Under the pieces are notes generated by a model, which did not search any database, was not told the DNA's origin, and saw only the letters and a list, made by a program, of their open reading frames with translations. The position numbers and the translations under genes are program-made. Of a DNA stretch of 64,000 bases, positions 12,701-24,700 are shown one piece after another (the first letter of the stretch is position 1; the number at the start of each line of letters is the position of its first letter). Location of the stretch: contig NC_086108.1 of NCBI RefSeq assembly GCF_963921235.1, forward strand, positions 48,486,001-48,550,000. Reading direction: 5' to 3'. The stretch is from Mobula hypostoma. Taxonomy: Eukaryota.

Positions 12701-15700
12701 TTAAGTATTTGTCTAAATTCGATTTTGGGGCAGTTTAACTTCTTTTTTGTCGAGAGACCTTTTCCTTATGCCGCCATTCCCTTGATGACCCAGAAGTCCT
12801 CCTCCACAATAACAACATTTAAAGGATATTGGACATGTACATGCATAGGAAAGATTTAGAGGGATACGGGGCAAACTCAAGACAAATGATAAACATGGAC
12901 ATGCTGGACCATAGGTCCTGTTTTCTTACTGACTGTAATACTAAACTTCATCACGAAATGTCATAAATATATCAGTTATTTAGAGGAATGTTTTTTATCA
13001 CACCTAAAAGCCAAAGATTTATTTTTTATTGAACTGATCTTACTGTCCAAGAATGATTGGTTTTTGAACCAGAAATTTAAAAGATTTAATTGTGCCATAT
13101 TTTTGTAATAATATTTTGATTTATTGACAGACTCTGATCTTTTATTTTCAGCTAAGATGTTAAATTCACATTTAAATAGAACCTTATTGTGTCTCTTTGA
13201 ATATAGTTAAAGTTTTATTTCGCTTCAATGCTTACATTGAAGACAAATCGTTACTATAAATATAACATAAGAAGCAGACGAATGCTTCTTCAAAGTATAC
13301 CAATCCTTTAAAGTATTATTCTATCCATTTGGAGTGAGGAAGAGATAAAATGTTCATGTCATTTGAGTCACTGTGTAATTGCAATCACATGCAACATGAA
13401 AGCAAGCCCTTCAGCCCATCAGGTCCGTGCTGACCAGCAAGCATGCACAGGGAAATTCAGCTTTTTTCTCCTATCAACTCTCCCCAGGTTCCACCACTTC
13501 CACTTATTCACCGGCACACCAGGTGCAACTTACAGTTAGGCCACCAACTTCTGTGTCTTTGGGACATGGAAGGAAACTGCAGCATCTGGCAGAAGCCCGT
13601 GTGGCCAATGGAGAATGAACAAAAGTCACAGTGGCTGCAACGGAGGTCAGGATTGAAACCAGATCACTGGAATAGTGGGGCAACAGCTCGCTATCTGCAT
13701 CACGGCACTGATCAAAATGGAAGACACAACATGTTCTAGTTATATACTGTAGCATGTTTTTGTTCGTAGTTGGAATGATCACAGTGCAGTCTTTACCGAA
13801 GTTGCTAAAGTTCCAATTTTCATGGTGATGGAAATGGACAATAAAAGATTTCCATAAGCACATTAAATTTTATAACTTTGCAATATAAGATGATGCTAAT
13901 TTTTTGAAACAAACATAAATGCAACATATTCTTCATATGTTTGGCCCAGGGTTTTTTTAGCGTGGAAATAACTAACTTGCTTAAGGGTAGCATAGTGGTT
14001 AGCATGACACTATTTCAGCTCGGGCATCAGAGTTCAGAGTTCAATTCCAGTGACATCTGTAAGGAGTTTATACATTCTCTTCGTGGCAGTGTGGGTTCCC
14101 TCCTGGGGCTCCGGTTTCCTCCCACAGTCCAAAAACGTACTGGATAATAGGTTAATTGGTCATTGTAAATCATCCTATGACTAGGCCAGCGTTAAATAGG
14201 TGGATTGCTGGGCGATGTGCCTCATTGGCCTGGGAGGGCTTGTTCTGCACTGTATCTCTAAATAAATACAAAGTAATAGCAATTGGTACAAGTTACATAA
14301 TTTAATCATCATCTGCTCTCCATATAGATTATCCACACAGCCCTCGTATGAGAAAAATGAATGCAGGTGGCCTGAAATTATTCGAAAGTTTCAGCTCCCT
14401 TTCGGTTTCAATCCTTTCCCTTTTTAGAATGAAGATGCTGGAGACTATAAATGCATTGCCACGAATGATGCTGGTGTGATTGAGCGGAGCGTGACCCTGA
14501 CTTTGCAGAGTAAGTCTATATTGTTGAGGTTGCTTGCGTTAACTCGTGCATTAAAATATTCATATTGATTGAGGAAACTGAATCTTATGCCCATCCCAAA
14601 ACAAATTGTTGTAAATGGAAATTCACATCATTTCATTTAGAAATATTTAATAGTTTTAAATCATTTATCACAACATTTTATTCAGGCCAAGGTTAAACCA
14701 TTTGGATTTAAGATATGCTTCCATTATTAAAAATGTGACTTTAAGTTTAACCATCATTGCGCTTCTTTCCAGATTGGCTTAGATTTGTGCAATCAAATTT
14801 CTATATCCAACAGAATCTTCTTTTGCAGATCTTTTGGTTTCCAAATAGTACCAGATTTTTACTCAGCACTGCTGCAGAATGTACGAAGGAATTGGTGTAT
14901 TTCCAGATGCCTCCTGATATCCCTGTCCACTGAGGGAAAAAAAGCTCAAACTTCCTAATTCACCCATGATTCTGGATCTACTCTTGCAGTAAATCAACAT
15001 ACGATACAATGCTGTTTTGTGTTTAAGGCTATAGTACTAGATTGCCAAGTCAAAATCAAAATAACGTTTATTATTTATTTGTTGTTTTGCAGCAGCAACA
15101 CAGTGCAAAAAGTTAAAATTACCCTTAAGTTGCAAAGTAAATAAATACTACAAAAGACAATGTAGTGTTCATGGGGTTCAATGGACCTTTCCAAAATCTG
15201 ATGGTGAAAGAGGGGATGTTCAGGATGGTCGTGATGGATGTTGATTTCTTCAGGCAGTGCCTTTTGAAAATGTCCTTGACAGCAGGAAAGTTGTGAACCG
15301 GCTGAGTCTAACCCTCTGCAGCTTTTTGTGATCCTGTGCATTGAAGGCTCCAAACTAGGCTGTGATGAAACCAGTCAGAATGCTTTCCATTGTGCATCTG
15401 TAGAGATTTGCAAGAGTCCTTGGTGATTTCTATAGATTTGCAAAGGTCATCAAATTGCCAAAACCTCCTAATGAAGTAGAGCCACTATCATGCCTTCTTT
15501 GTTTTGGACCCAGGATTCCACCACTGACGCCTCAATAAGGACTGGTGTGTGTTCTCCTGATTTCCCCTTCCTGAAATCCACAGTTAATTCCTTAATCTTG
15601 TTGAAGTAGAATGCGAGGTTGTTGTTGTGACTCCACTCAATCAGCCGATCTATGTCGCTCTTGTTTGCCACCTTGTCGCCACCTGAGATTCGGCCAATGA

Positions 15701-18700
15701 CCAGCATTACTAATGTGGTTATAGGCATCCATCTGATGAACAATTGCAACCAAACATTGACAACATCAGTAGGGTTATGTAAAAGTATATAAAACTTACA
15801 TAGAATCAGAAAAGGTGAATCGTTACTTCTGTTATTGGTCTGTTTAGTAGCCATGTTGCTGGTTTAGATTCTAATTATACTTTTAGTCTATTGACTGCCC
15901 TCCGGTCACGTGAATATGTATGTAATGAGAGCATTGGTGCACATGAGCTCTTGCTCCACCATGAGACTGGGCACTTGTCCATGCTGAGGGTCAGATACAT
16001 CATGGGATGGGCCACATTCTTTATAACAGAATGTTGACCTGAATGAAAGAGGGTAGTGTTTGTCTTTCTCTTTAAAGCATTATTAAAACAATTTCTTTCT
16101 TTCTTTCTTTTTCTTTTTTTTCTTTATTTTTCCAATATTTTCATTGATTTCTATATAGAAGAATACAGAGTCCAAGAGAATACATATTAGAAAACAAAAG
16201 AAAAAATATAATAATACCAGATACAGTATATTGAATCACATTAACAAACTCCTTACTCTATATTCATATAGATTAGATTAATTCATGTATTAGAATACAG
16301 TATAAACAATTTTATTTAAAAAAATCTACACCCTCTACCAAAGTCGAAGCCGTTTGGGAAAAAAGGAATTTAAAAACGGCACCCACAAATTTCGAAATTC
16401 TTGGTTCGATTCAGAAATTGAACAACGAATCTTTTCTAAATTTCGGCATGCCATAACATCCCGTAACCACTGAGGTGGAACAGCATCCTTCCATTTAAAC
16501 AAAAGCACCCTCGTCATAAGAGAGATAAAAGCCAGAATGTGCAGATCAGATGTCTTCAAGATGATATCTTTCCTTCCAACAACACCAAACAGGGCAGTCA
16601 AAGGATTAGGTTTAAAATTTACTTTAAAGAGTACAAAAAAAGTTTGGAATACTTCCTTCCAATATTTTCCAAGACTTGGGGACGTCCAAAACATATGAAT
16701 AAGTGAAGCTTCTCCATTGTTACACCTATCACAGTAGGGAGATATATCCCTATAAAATTGAGATAACTCATCTTTGGTCATATAAGCCCTATGAACCATT
16801 TTAAATTGTAGGAGGGAATGACAAGCAGATAACGATGAAGTATTAACCAATTTAAAAATCTCATTCCAAGCTTCTTCAGAAATTGAGGTCTGTAAATCTT
16901 GTTCCCAAAGATTTTTGATTTTGTCTAAAGAATCATTTCTCATTCCCAACAACAGTTGGGAGACTGAGAAATAGTTGTAAAGGACTTTGACAGCCGAAGC
17001 TTCAGGGAGCTTTGGGTTATCAGAGGTCAAGTTACTAATCACAGGCAACTCTGCTTCGTGGGGCAGCTTAGCTTTTACCCCAATTCCACCCAAGGGACCC
17101 TAAAAGTCTAGTGCAGGAGGTGAATGTGTGGCACAGGCCATTATAGCACATATTCTGCCCCATGGTGTATGTGATTGTGTTGATATGGTTTAAGAATGGT
17201 TATAAAACACTGTTGTTTACTATGTGCTTCCTTGAACCCCTGGTATCTAGCCTTTCCCTTTCTGCTTGCTGTTGCAATTTTTCTCTTTCCTACACATTTA
17301 TTTTCCACCTCTGTTGATTTTTATGGACTTATCCCCAATTTCTCCTTTGACCACAGCCTTTATATCTGTTCTCTGAAGTTCTGAATGTTGCTGTTAACTT
17401 AATAGAGACATTTTATTCACATGACTGTCCCCTGCAGAAGAGTCCCAGAGATCTTCACAGAGATCACTCAGTTTAACAGAATGCATGAGTATGGGTTCTT
17501 TTAATTTTAGTCCCTAAGTTCTCCTTATTTTCCTGCAGGTTCCCCAGTCTTCACGGTCGAACCCATGGATACCATTGCTGATGCTGGAAGCACAGTGATG
17601 TTGAACTGCCAAGCGGGAGGAGAGCCAGTTCCAACTGTCGAATGGTCCCGGCAAGGACGGCCCCTGATAGGAAATGACAGGATCACAGTCCTATCCAACA
17701 GCTCATTGCGGCTCACTGCTGTGCAGAAGGAAGACACGTCAGAATACGAGTGTGTGGCCAGGAACCTGCTGGGTTCAGTGCTTATCAAAATCACCCTAAC
17801 TGTACAAGGTTTGGACCGATCCTCTTGAATCCTTTTACTTCTACAAGATAAGTGCTCGTGGAATAGTGGTGGTTACCGCTATTGCCCAGCTAGGGAGCAG
17901 AAAAACATAGGTGCCAAAGCAGTTACCTATCCACATCTTAGTCAGTCTTCACTTCTCTGCCCTGATGGGCAGGTGAAGATGATCATTTACCAGGGACTGT
18001 CGTTCACTTACTGTGGATTGGTCTCGCACAATGCCAGGGCAATTATACAGTAGGGACTGTATAGTTTTACCAGGGTCTGCAGAAATAGCTGCAATCTTGT
18101 AATAACCTCATGTCTGCAAATGGAGATTGGCATTGCCTGGATTTTGAATGCAGAGAATTTAAAAAGTGCTTTTTAACCGTCATAGCCCACCTTTCACTCA
18201 ACTGTTTAACTTGTATGGAAAAAGTGAGTGTAAAGTATGCTTATATTATAATTCATATGTCCATAATTATTCTGAGATTAGTGCAAAAGGCAAAGTTGCC
18301 TTGGTCACTTCTCCTTGTTTACAGCTTTATTCCAAGACTAAAGGGGAACATAAAGTAATCCCAGATTTCAATGTCAATTGATCGTCCCTACTGTGGTGCT
18401 GAACACCATAATGATCTCCCTAAACCATTTTATCCACCCTCTTTCCCCCTCTATCACCCTAATGATGCTTTTGGCCATCTGCTCCAATGTCTCCTTAAAT
18501 GGCCCAATGTCAAATTTTGCTCGTACAGGGCCTTGGAGCATTTTACTGTATTAAAATCGAGGCATGACTGCACAAGCGCATGGACGTCAGTGAGTTAGAC
18601 CAGCGGGAAGAGTTTAAAAAGAAGACAGCTTTGCAGAGCAGGCGACAGGTAAACAGAATCAGAGTTGGAGGGCTTTCGAGCGAGGTAAGTTACTTATGAA

Positions 18701-21700
18701 GAATAGGAAGTATGTCTGTGAGGCCAGTGTTCTTTACTGGGTGTCAGATGTGGGAAGTCCGGGAGACTCCAAACCTCCCGGACGGCCACATCTGCACCAG
18801 GTGCGTCAAGCTGCAGCTCCTTAGGGACCGTGTTAGGGAACTGGAGATGCAGCTCGATGACCTTCGTCTGGTCATGGAGAGTGAGGAGGTGATAGAGAGG
18901 AGCTATAGGCAAGTAGTCACACTGGGACCTCGGGAGACAGATAAGTGGGTAACAGGAGAGGGAAGGGCAGGAGTCAGATACTACAGAGTACCCCTGTGGC
19001 TGTCCCCCTTAACAGTAAATACTCCTTGTTTGAGTACTGTTGAGGGGGGACCTACCTGAGGGAATTAACAGTGGCTGTGCCTCTGGCACAGTCTGGCCCT
19101 GTAGCTCAGAAGGGTAGGGAAAGGAAGAGGATGGCAGCAGTTATTGGGGACTCCATAGTTAGGGGGTCAGGCAGGAGATTCTGTGGACGCAGGAAAGAAA
19201 TGCAGATGGAAGTCTGCCTCCCAGGTGCCAGGATGTTTCTGATCGCGTCCATGATATCCTGAAATGGGAATGTGAACAGCAAGAGGTCGTGGTACATATT
19301 GGTACCAATGACATAGGTAGGAAAAGGGAGGAGGTCCTGAAAGCAGACGACAGGGAGTTAGGAAGGAAGTTGAGAAGCAGGACCTCAAAGGTAGTAATCT
19401 CAGAATTACTGCCTGTGCCACGTAACAGTGAGAATAGGAATAGAATGAGGTGGTGGATAAATGCGTGGCTGAGGGATTGGAGCAGGGGGGCAGGGATTCA
19501 GATTTCTGGATCATTGGGACCTCTTTTGGGGCAGGTGTGACCTGTACAAAAAGGACGGGTTGCATTTGAATCCCAGGGAGACCAATATCCTGGCTGAGTC
19601 TATTGGGGAGAGTTTAAACTAGAATTGCTGGGGGGTGGGAACTGAACTGAAGGGATGGAGGAAGGGGTGGTTGGCTCACAAATAGAGAAAGCTTATAGAC
19701 AGTGCGAGAGGGAGGATAGGCAGGTGATAGAAAAGGGATGCGCTCAAACCGATGGTTTGAGATGTGTCTACTTTAATGCAAGGAGTATTATGAACAAAGC
19801 GGATGAGCTTAGAGCGTGGATCAGTACTTGGAGCTATGATGTTGTGGCCATTACAGAGACTTGGATTGTTCAGGGGCAGGAATGGTTACTTAGAGTGCCA
19901 AGCTTTAGATGTTTCAGAAAGGACAGGGAGGGAGGCAAAAGAGGTGGGGGCGTGGCACTGCTAATCAGAGATAGTGTTATGGCTGCAGAAAATGAGGAAG
20001 TCATGGAGGGATTGTTTACTGAGTCTCTGTGGGTGGAAGTTAGGAACAGGAAGGGGTTAATAACTCTACTGGGTGTTTTTATGTTGTTGTTCATCCATTG
20101 TCGACGTCGATGAGGACCTCAACATCATTATGATGGTGTTGAGACTAGTGCATGATTTGGATTTAAGTGAGGGAGAATTGCGCAGCGTCTGCCTCACTCT
20201 CTCTTACCAATTCATAGAAACATAGAAACATAGTAAATAGGTGCAGGAGTAGGCCATTCAGCCCTTCGAGCCTGCACCGCCATTTATTATGATCATGGCT
20301 GATCATCCAACTCAGAACCCCGCCCCAGCCTTCCCTCCATACCCCCTGATACCCATAGCCACAAGGGCCATATCTAACTCCCTCTTAAATATAGCCAATG
20401 AACTGGCCTCAACTGTTTTCCTGTGGCAGAGAATTCCACAGATTCACCACTCTCTGTGTGAAGAAGTTTTTCCTCATCTCGGTCCTAAAAGGCTTCCCCT
20501 TTATCCTCAAACTGTGACCCCCCCCCCCGTTCTGGACTTCCCCAACATCGGGGCCAATCTTCCTGCATCTAGCCTGTCCAATCCGTTTAGGATTTTATAC
20601 GTTTCAATCAGATCCCCCCTCAATCTTCTAAATTCCAACGAGTACAAGCCCAGTTCATCCAGTCTTTCTTCATATGAAAGTCCTGCCAACCCAGGAATCA
20701 ATCTGGTGAACCTTCTTTGTACTCCCTCTATGGCAAGGATGTCTTTCCTCAGATTAGGGGACCAAAACTGCACACAATACTCCAGGTGTGGTCTCACCAA
20801 GGCCTTGTACAACTGCAGTAGTACCTCCCTGCTCCTGTACTCGAATCCTCTCGCTATAAATGCCAGCATACCATTCGCCTTTTTCACCGCCTGCTGTACC
20901 TGCATGCCCACTTTCAATGACTGGTGTATAATGACACACAGGTCTCGTTGCACCTCCCCTTTTCCTAATCGGCCACCATTCAGATAATAATCTGTTTTCC
21001 TATTTTTGCCACCAAAGTGGATAACTTCACATTTATCCACATTAAATTGCATCTGCTATGAATTTGCCCACTCACCCAACCTATCCAAGTCACTCTGCAT
21101 CCTCTCAGCATCCTCCTCACAGCTAACACTGCCACCCAGCTTCGTGTCATCCGCAAACTTGGAGATGCTGCATTTAATTCCCCCATCCAAGTCATTAATA
21201 TATATTGTAAACAACTGGGGTCCCAGCACTGAGCCTTGTGGTACCCCACTAGTCACCGCCTGCCATTCTGAAAAAGTCCCGTTTATTCCCACTCTTTGCT
21301 TCCTGTCTGCTAACCAATTCTCCACCCACACCAATACCTTACCCCCAATACCGTGTGCTTTAAGTTTGCACACTAATCTCCTGTGTGGGACCTTGTCAAA
21401 AGCCTTTTGAAAATCCAAATATACCACATCCACTGGTTGTCCCCTATACACTCTACTCTTTACATCCTCAAAAAATTCTATGAGATTCGTCAGACATGAT
21501 TTTCCTTTCACAAATCCATGCTGACTTTGTCCGATCATTTCACTGCTTTCCAAATGTGCTGTTATCACATCTTTGATAACTGACTCCAGCAGTTTCCCCA
21601 CCACCAACGTTAGGCTAACCGGTCTATAATTCCCCGGTTTCTCTCTCCCTCCTTTTTTAAAAAGTGGGGTTACATTAGCCACCCTCCAATCCTCAGGAAC

Positions 21701-24700
21701 TAGTCCAGAATCTAACGAGTTTTGAAAAATTATCACTAATGCATCCACTATTTCTTGGGCTACTTCCTTAAGCACTCTAGGATGCAGATTATCTGGCCCT
21801 GGGGATTTATCTGCCTTCAATCCCTTCAATTTACCTAACAACACTTCCCTACTAACATGTATTTCGCTCAGTTCCTCCATCTCACTGGACCCTCTGTCCC
21901 TTACTATTTCTGGAAGATTATTTATGTCCTCCTTAGTGAAGACAGAACCAAAGTAATTATTCAATTGGTCTGCCATGTCCTTGCTCCCCATAATCAATTC
22001 ATCTGTTTCTGTCTGTAGGGGACCTACATTTGTCTTTACCAGTCTTTTCCTTTTTACATATCTATAAAAGCTTTTACAGTCAGTTTTTATGTTCCCTGCC
22101 AGTTTTCTCTCATAATCTTTTTTCCCCTTCCTAATTAGGCCCTTTGTCCTCCTCTGCTGAACTCTGAATTTCTCCCAGTCCTCAGGTGAGCCACTTTCTC
22201 TGGCTAATTTGTATGCTTCTTCTTTGGAATTGATACTATCCCTAATTTCCCTTGTCAGCCACGGGTGCACTACCTTCCTTGATTTATTCTTTTGCCAAAC
22301 TGGGATGAACAATTGTTGTAGTTCATCCATGCAACCTTTAAATGCTTGCCATTGCATATCCACCGTCAATCCTTTAAGTGTCATTTGCCAGTCTATCTTA
22401 GCTAATTCACGTCTCATACCTTCCAAGTTACCCCTCTTTAAGTTCAGAACCTTTGTTTCTGAATTAACTATGTCACTCTCCCTCTTAATGAAGAATTCCA
22501 CCATATTATGGTCACTCTTACCCAAGGGGCCTCTCACGACAAGATTGCTAATTAACCCTTCCTCATTGCTCAAAACCCAGTCCATAATAGCCTGCTCTCT
22601 AGTTGGTTCCTCGACATGTTGGTTCAAAAAAACCATCCCGCATACATTCCAAGAAATCCTCTTCCTCAGCACCTTTACCAATTTGGTTCACCCAATCTAC
22701 ATGTAGATTGAAATCACCCATTATAACTGCTGTTCCTTTATTGCACACATTTCTAATTTCCCGTTTAATACCATCTCCAACCTCACTACTACTGTTAGGT
22801 GGCCTGTACACAACTCCCACCAGCGTCTTCTGCCCCTTAGTGCTACGCAGCTCTACCCATATCGATTCCACATCTTCCTGGCTTATGTCTTTCCTTTCTA
22901 TTGCGTTAATCTCTTCTTTAACCAGCAACGCCACCCCACCTCCCCTTCCTTCATGCCTATCCCTCCTGAATATTGAATACCCCTGAACGTTGAGCTCCCA
23001 TCCCTGGTCACCCTGGAGCCATGTCTCTGTGATCCCAACTATATCATAATCATTAATAACAATCTGCACTTTCAATTCATCCACCTTATTACGAATACTC
23101 CTTGCATTGACACACAAAGCCTTAAGGCGCTCTTTTACAACTCTCTTAGCCCTTATACAATTATGTTGAAAAGTGGCCCTTTTTAATGCTTGCCCTGGAT
23201 TTGTCGGCCTGCCACTTTTACTTTTTCTCCTTAGTACTTTTCCCATCTGAATCCAGTGGCAAGACAGAGTCGAGACGGCTGGAGATGGGACTAGGCACAG
23301 TGGATGACCAGGATATCTTCTGTGTCTTGTCCTGCTCTACATGTTCCACGACGCTTGCGGAGACCGCCTTCTTGACCGTTGGACCTTCCATTAGTCTCGT
23401 CCGCTTAATCCGCCGGAGTCTGTCTTCACGTGCTGGGATAGACCACCCAATAGTAACAGGGACATCGAGGAGCAGATAGGGAGACAGATTCTGGAAAGGT
23501 GCAGTAATAACAGAGTTGTCGTACTGGGAGATTTTAATTTCCCAAATATTGATTGGCATCTCCCTAGAGCAAGGGGTTTAGATGAGGTGGAAGGTTTCCT
23601 AACATAATATGTTGATAAGCCTACAAGAGGAGAGGCTGTACTTGATCTGGTATTGGGAAATGAACCTGGTCGGGTGACATATCTCGCAGTGGGAGAGCAT
23701 TTTGGAGATAGTGATCACAATTCTGTCTCCTTTACCATAGTATTAGAGAGGAATGGGAACAGACAAATTAGTAAAGCGTTTAATTGGAGGAATAGGAAAT
23801 ATGAAGCTATCAGGGAGGAACTTGGAAGCATAAATTAGAAACAAATGGTCTCAGGGAAATGTACGGCAGAAAAGTGGCAAATATTCAGGGGATATTTGTG
23901 TGGCGTTCTGTATAGGTACATTCCAATGAGACAGGGAAAGGATGGTAGGGTACAGGAACCATGGTGTACAAAGGCTGTTGAAAATCTAGTCAAGAAGAAA
24001 AGGAAAGCTTACAAAAGGTTCAAAAAACTAGGCAATGATAAAGATCTAAAAGATTATAAGGCTAGCAGGAAGGAGCTTAAGAGTGAAATTCTTTGCTTCA
24101 GTATTCTTTATGGAAAATGATCTTGGCAATTGTAGGGATGACTTACAGCGGACTGAAAGCTTGAGCATATAGATATTAAAAAAGAGGATGTGCTGGAGCT
24201 TTTGGAAAGCATCAAGTTGGATAAGTCACTGGGACCAGATAAGATGTACCCCAGGCTACTGTGAGAGGTGAGAAAGGAGATTGTTGAGCCTCTGGCAATG
24301 ATCTTTCCATCATCAATGGGGACAGGAGAGGTTCTGGAGGATTGGAGGGTTGCAGATGTTGTTCCCTTATTTAAGAAAGGGAGTAATGATAGCCCAGGAA
24401 ATTATAGACCAGTGAGTCTTACATCAGTGGTTGGTAAGTTGATGGAGAAGATCCTGAGAGGCAGGATTTATGAACATTTGGAGAGGTACAATATGATTAG
24501 GAATAGTCAGCATGGCTTTGTCAAGGGCAGGTCGTGCCTTACGAGCCTGATTTAATTTCTTGAGGATGTGACTAAACACATTGATGAAGGAAGAGCAGTA
24601 GATATAGTTTATATGAATTTCAGCAAAGCATTTGATAAGGTTCCCCATACAAGGCTTATTGAGTAAGTAAGGAGGCATGGGATCCAAGGGGACATTGCTT

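Larger units (their letters stand above)
6981..12805 (-). mobile_element. Full-length L1-clade LINE (~5.8 kb) with A-rich tail and 15-bp TSD
   Basis: TSD ACAATAACAACATTT at 6966-6980 and 12806-12820; TTT/AAA endonuclease site; 5' end GGAGGAGGACTTC...ATGGCGG; ORF1 and ORF2 present. Confidence 0.96.
6483..12930 (+). mobile_element. Old CR1 3' fragment (6483-6980 plus 12821-~12930) split by the L1 insertion
   Basis: CR1 C-terminal-like sequence on both sides of the L1; reads through as ...acaataacaacatttaaagg when the L1 and one TSD are removed. Confidence 0.7.

Noticed and set aside
20289..20987. 232-aa plus-strand ORF and similar antisense ORFs (21006..21410, 22209..22706, 22603..22986)
   Set aside because: Antisense shadows of the CR1 ORF2, with no independent motifs.
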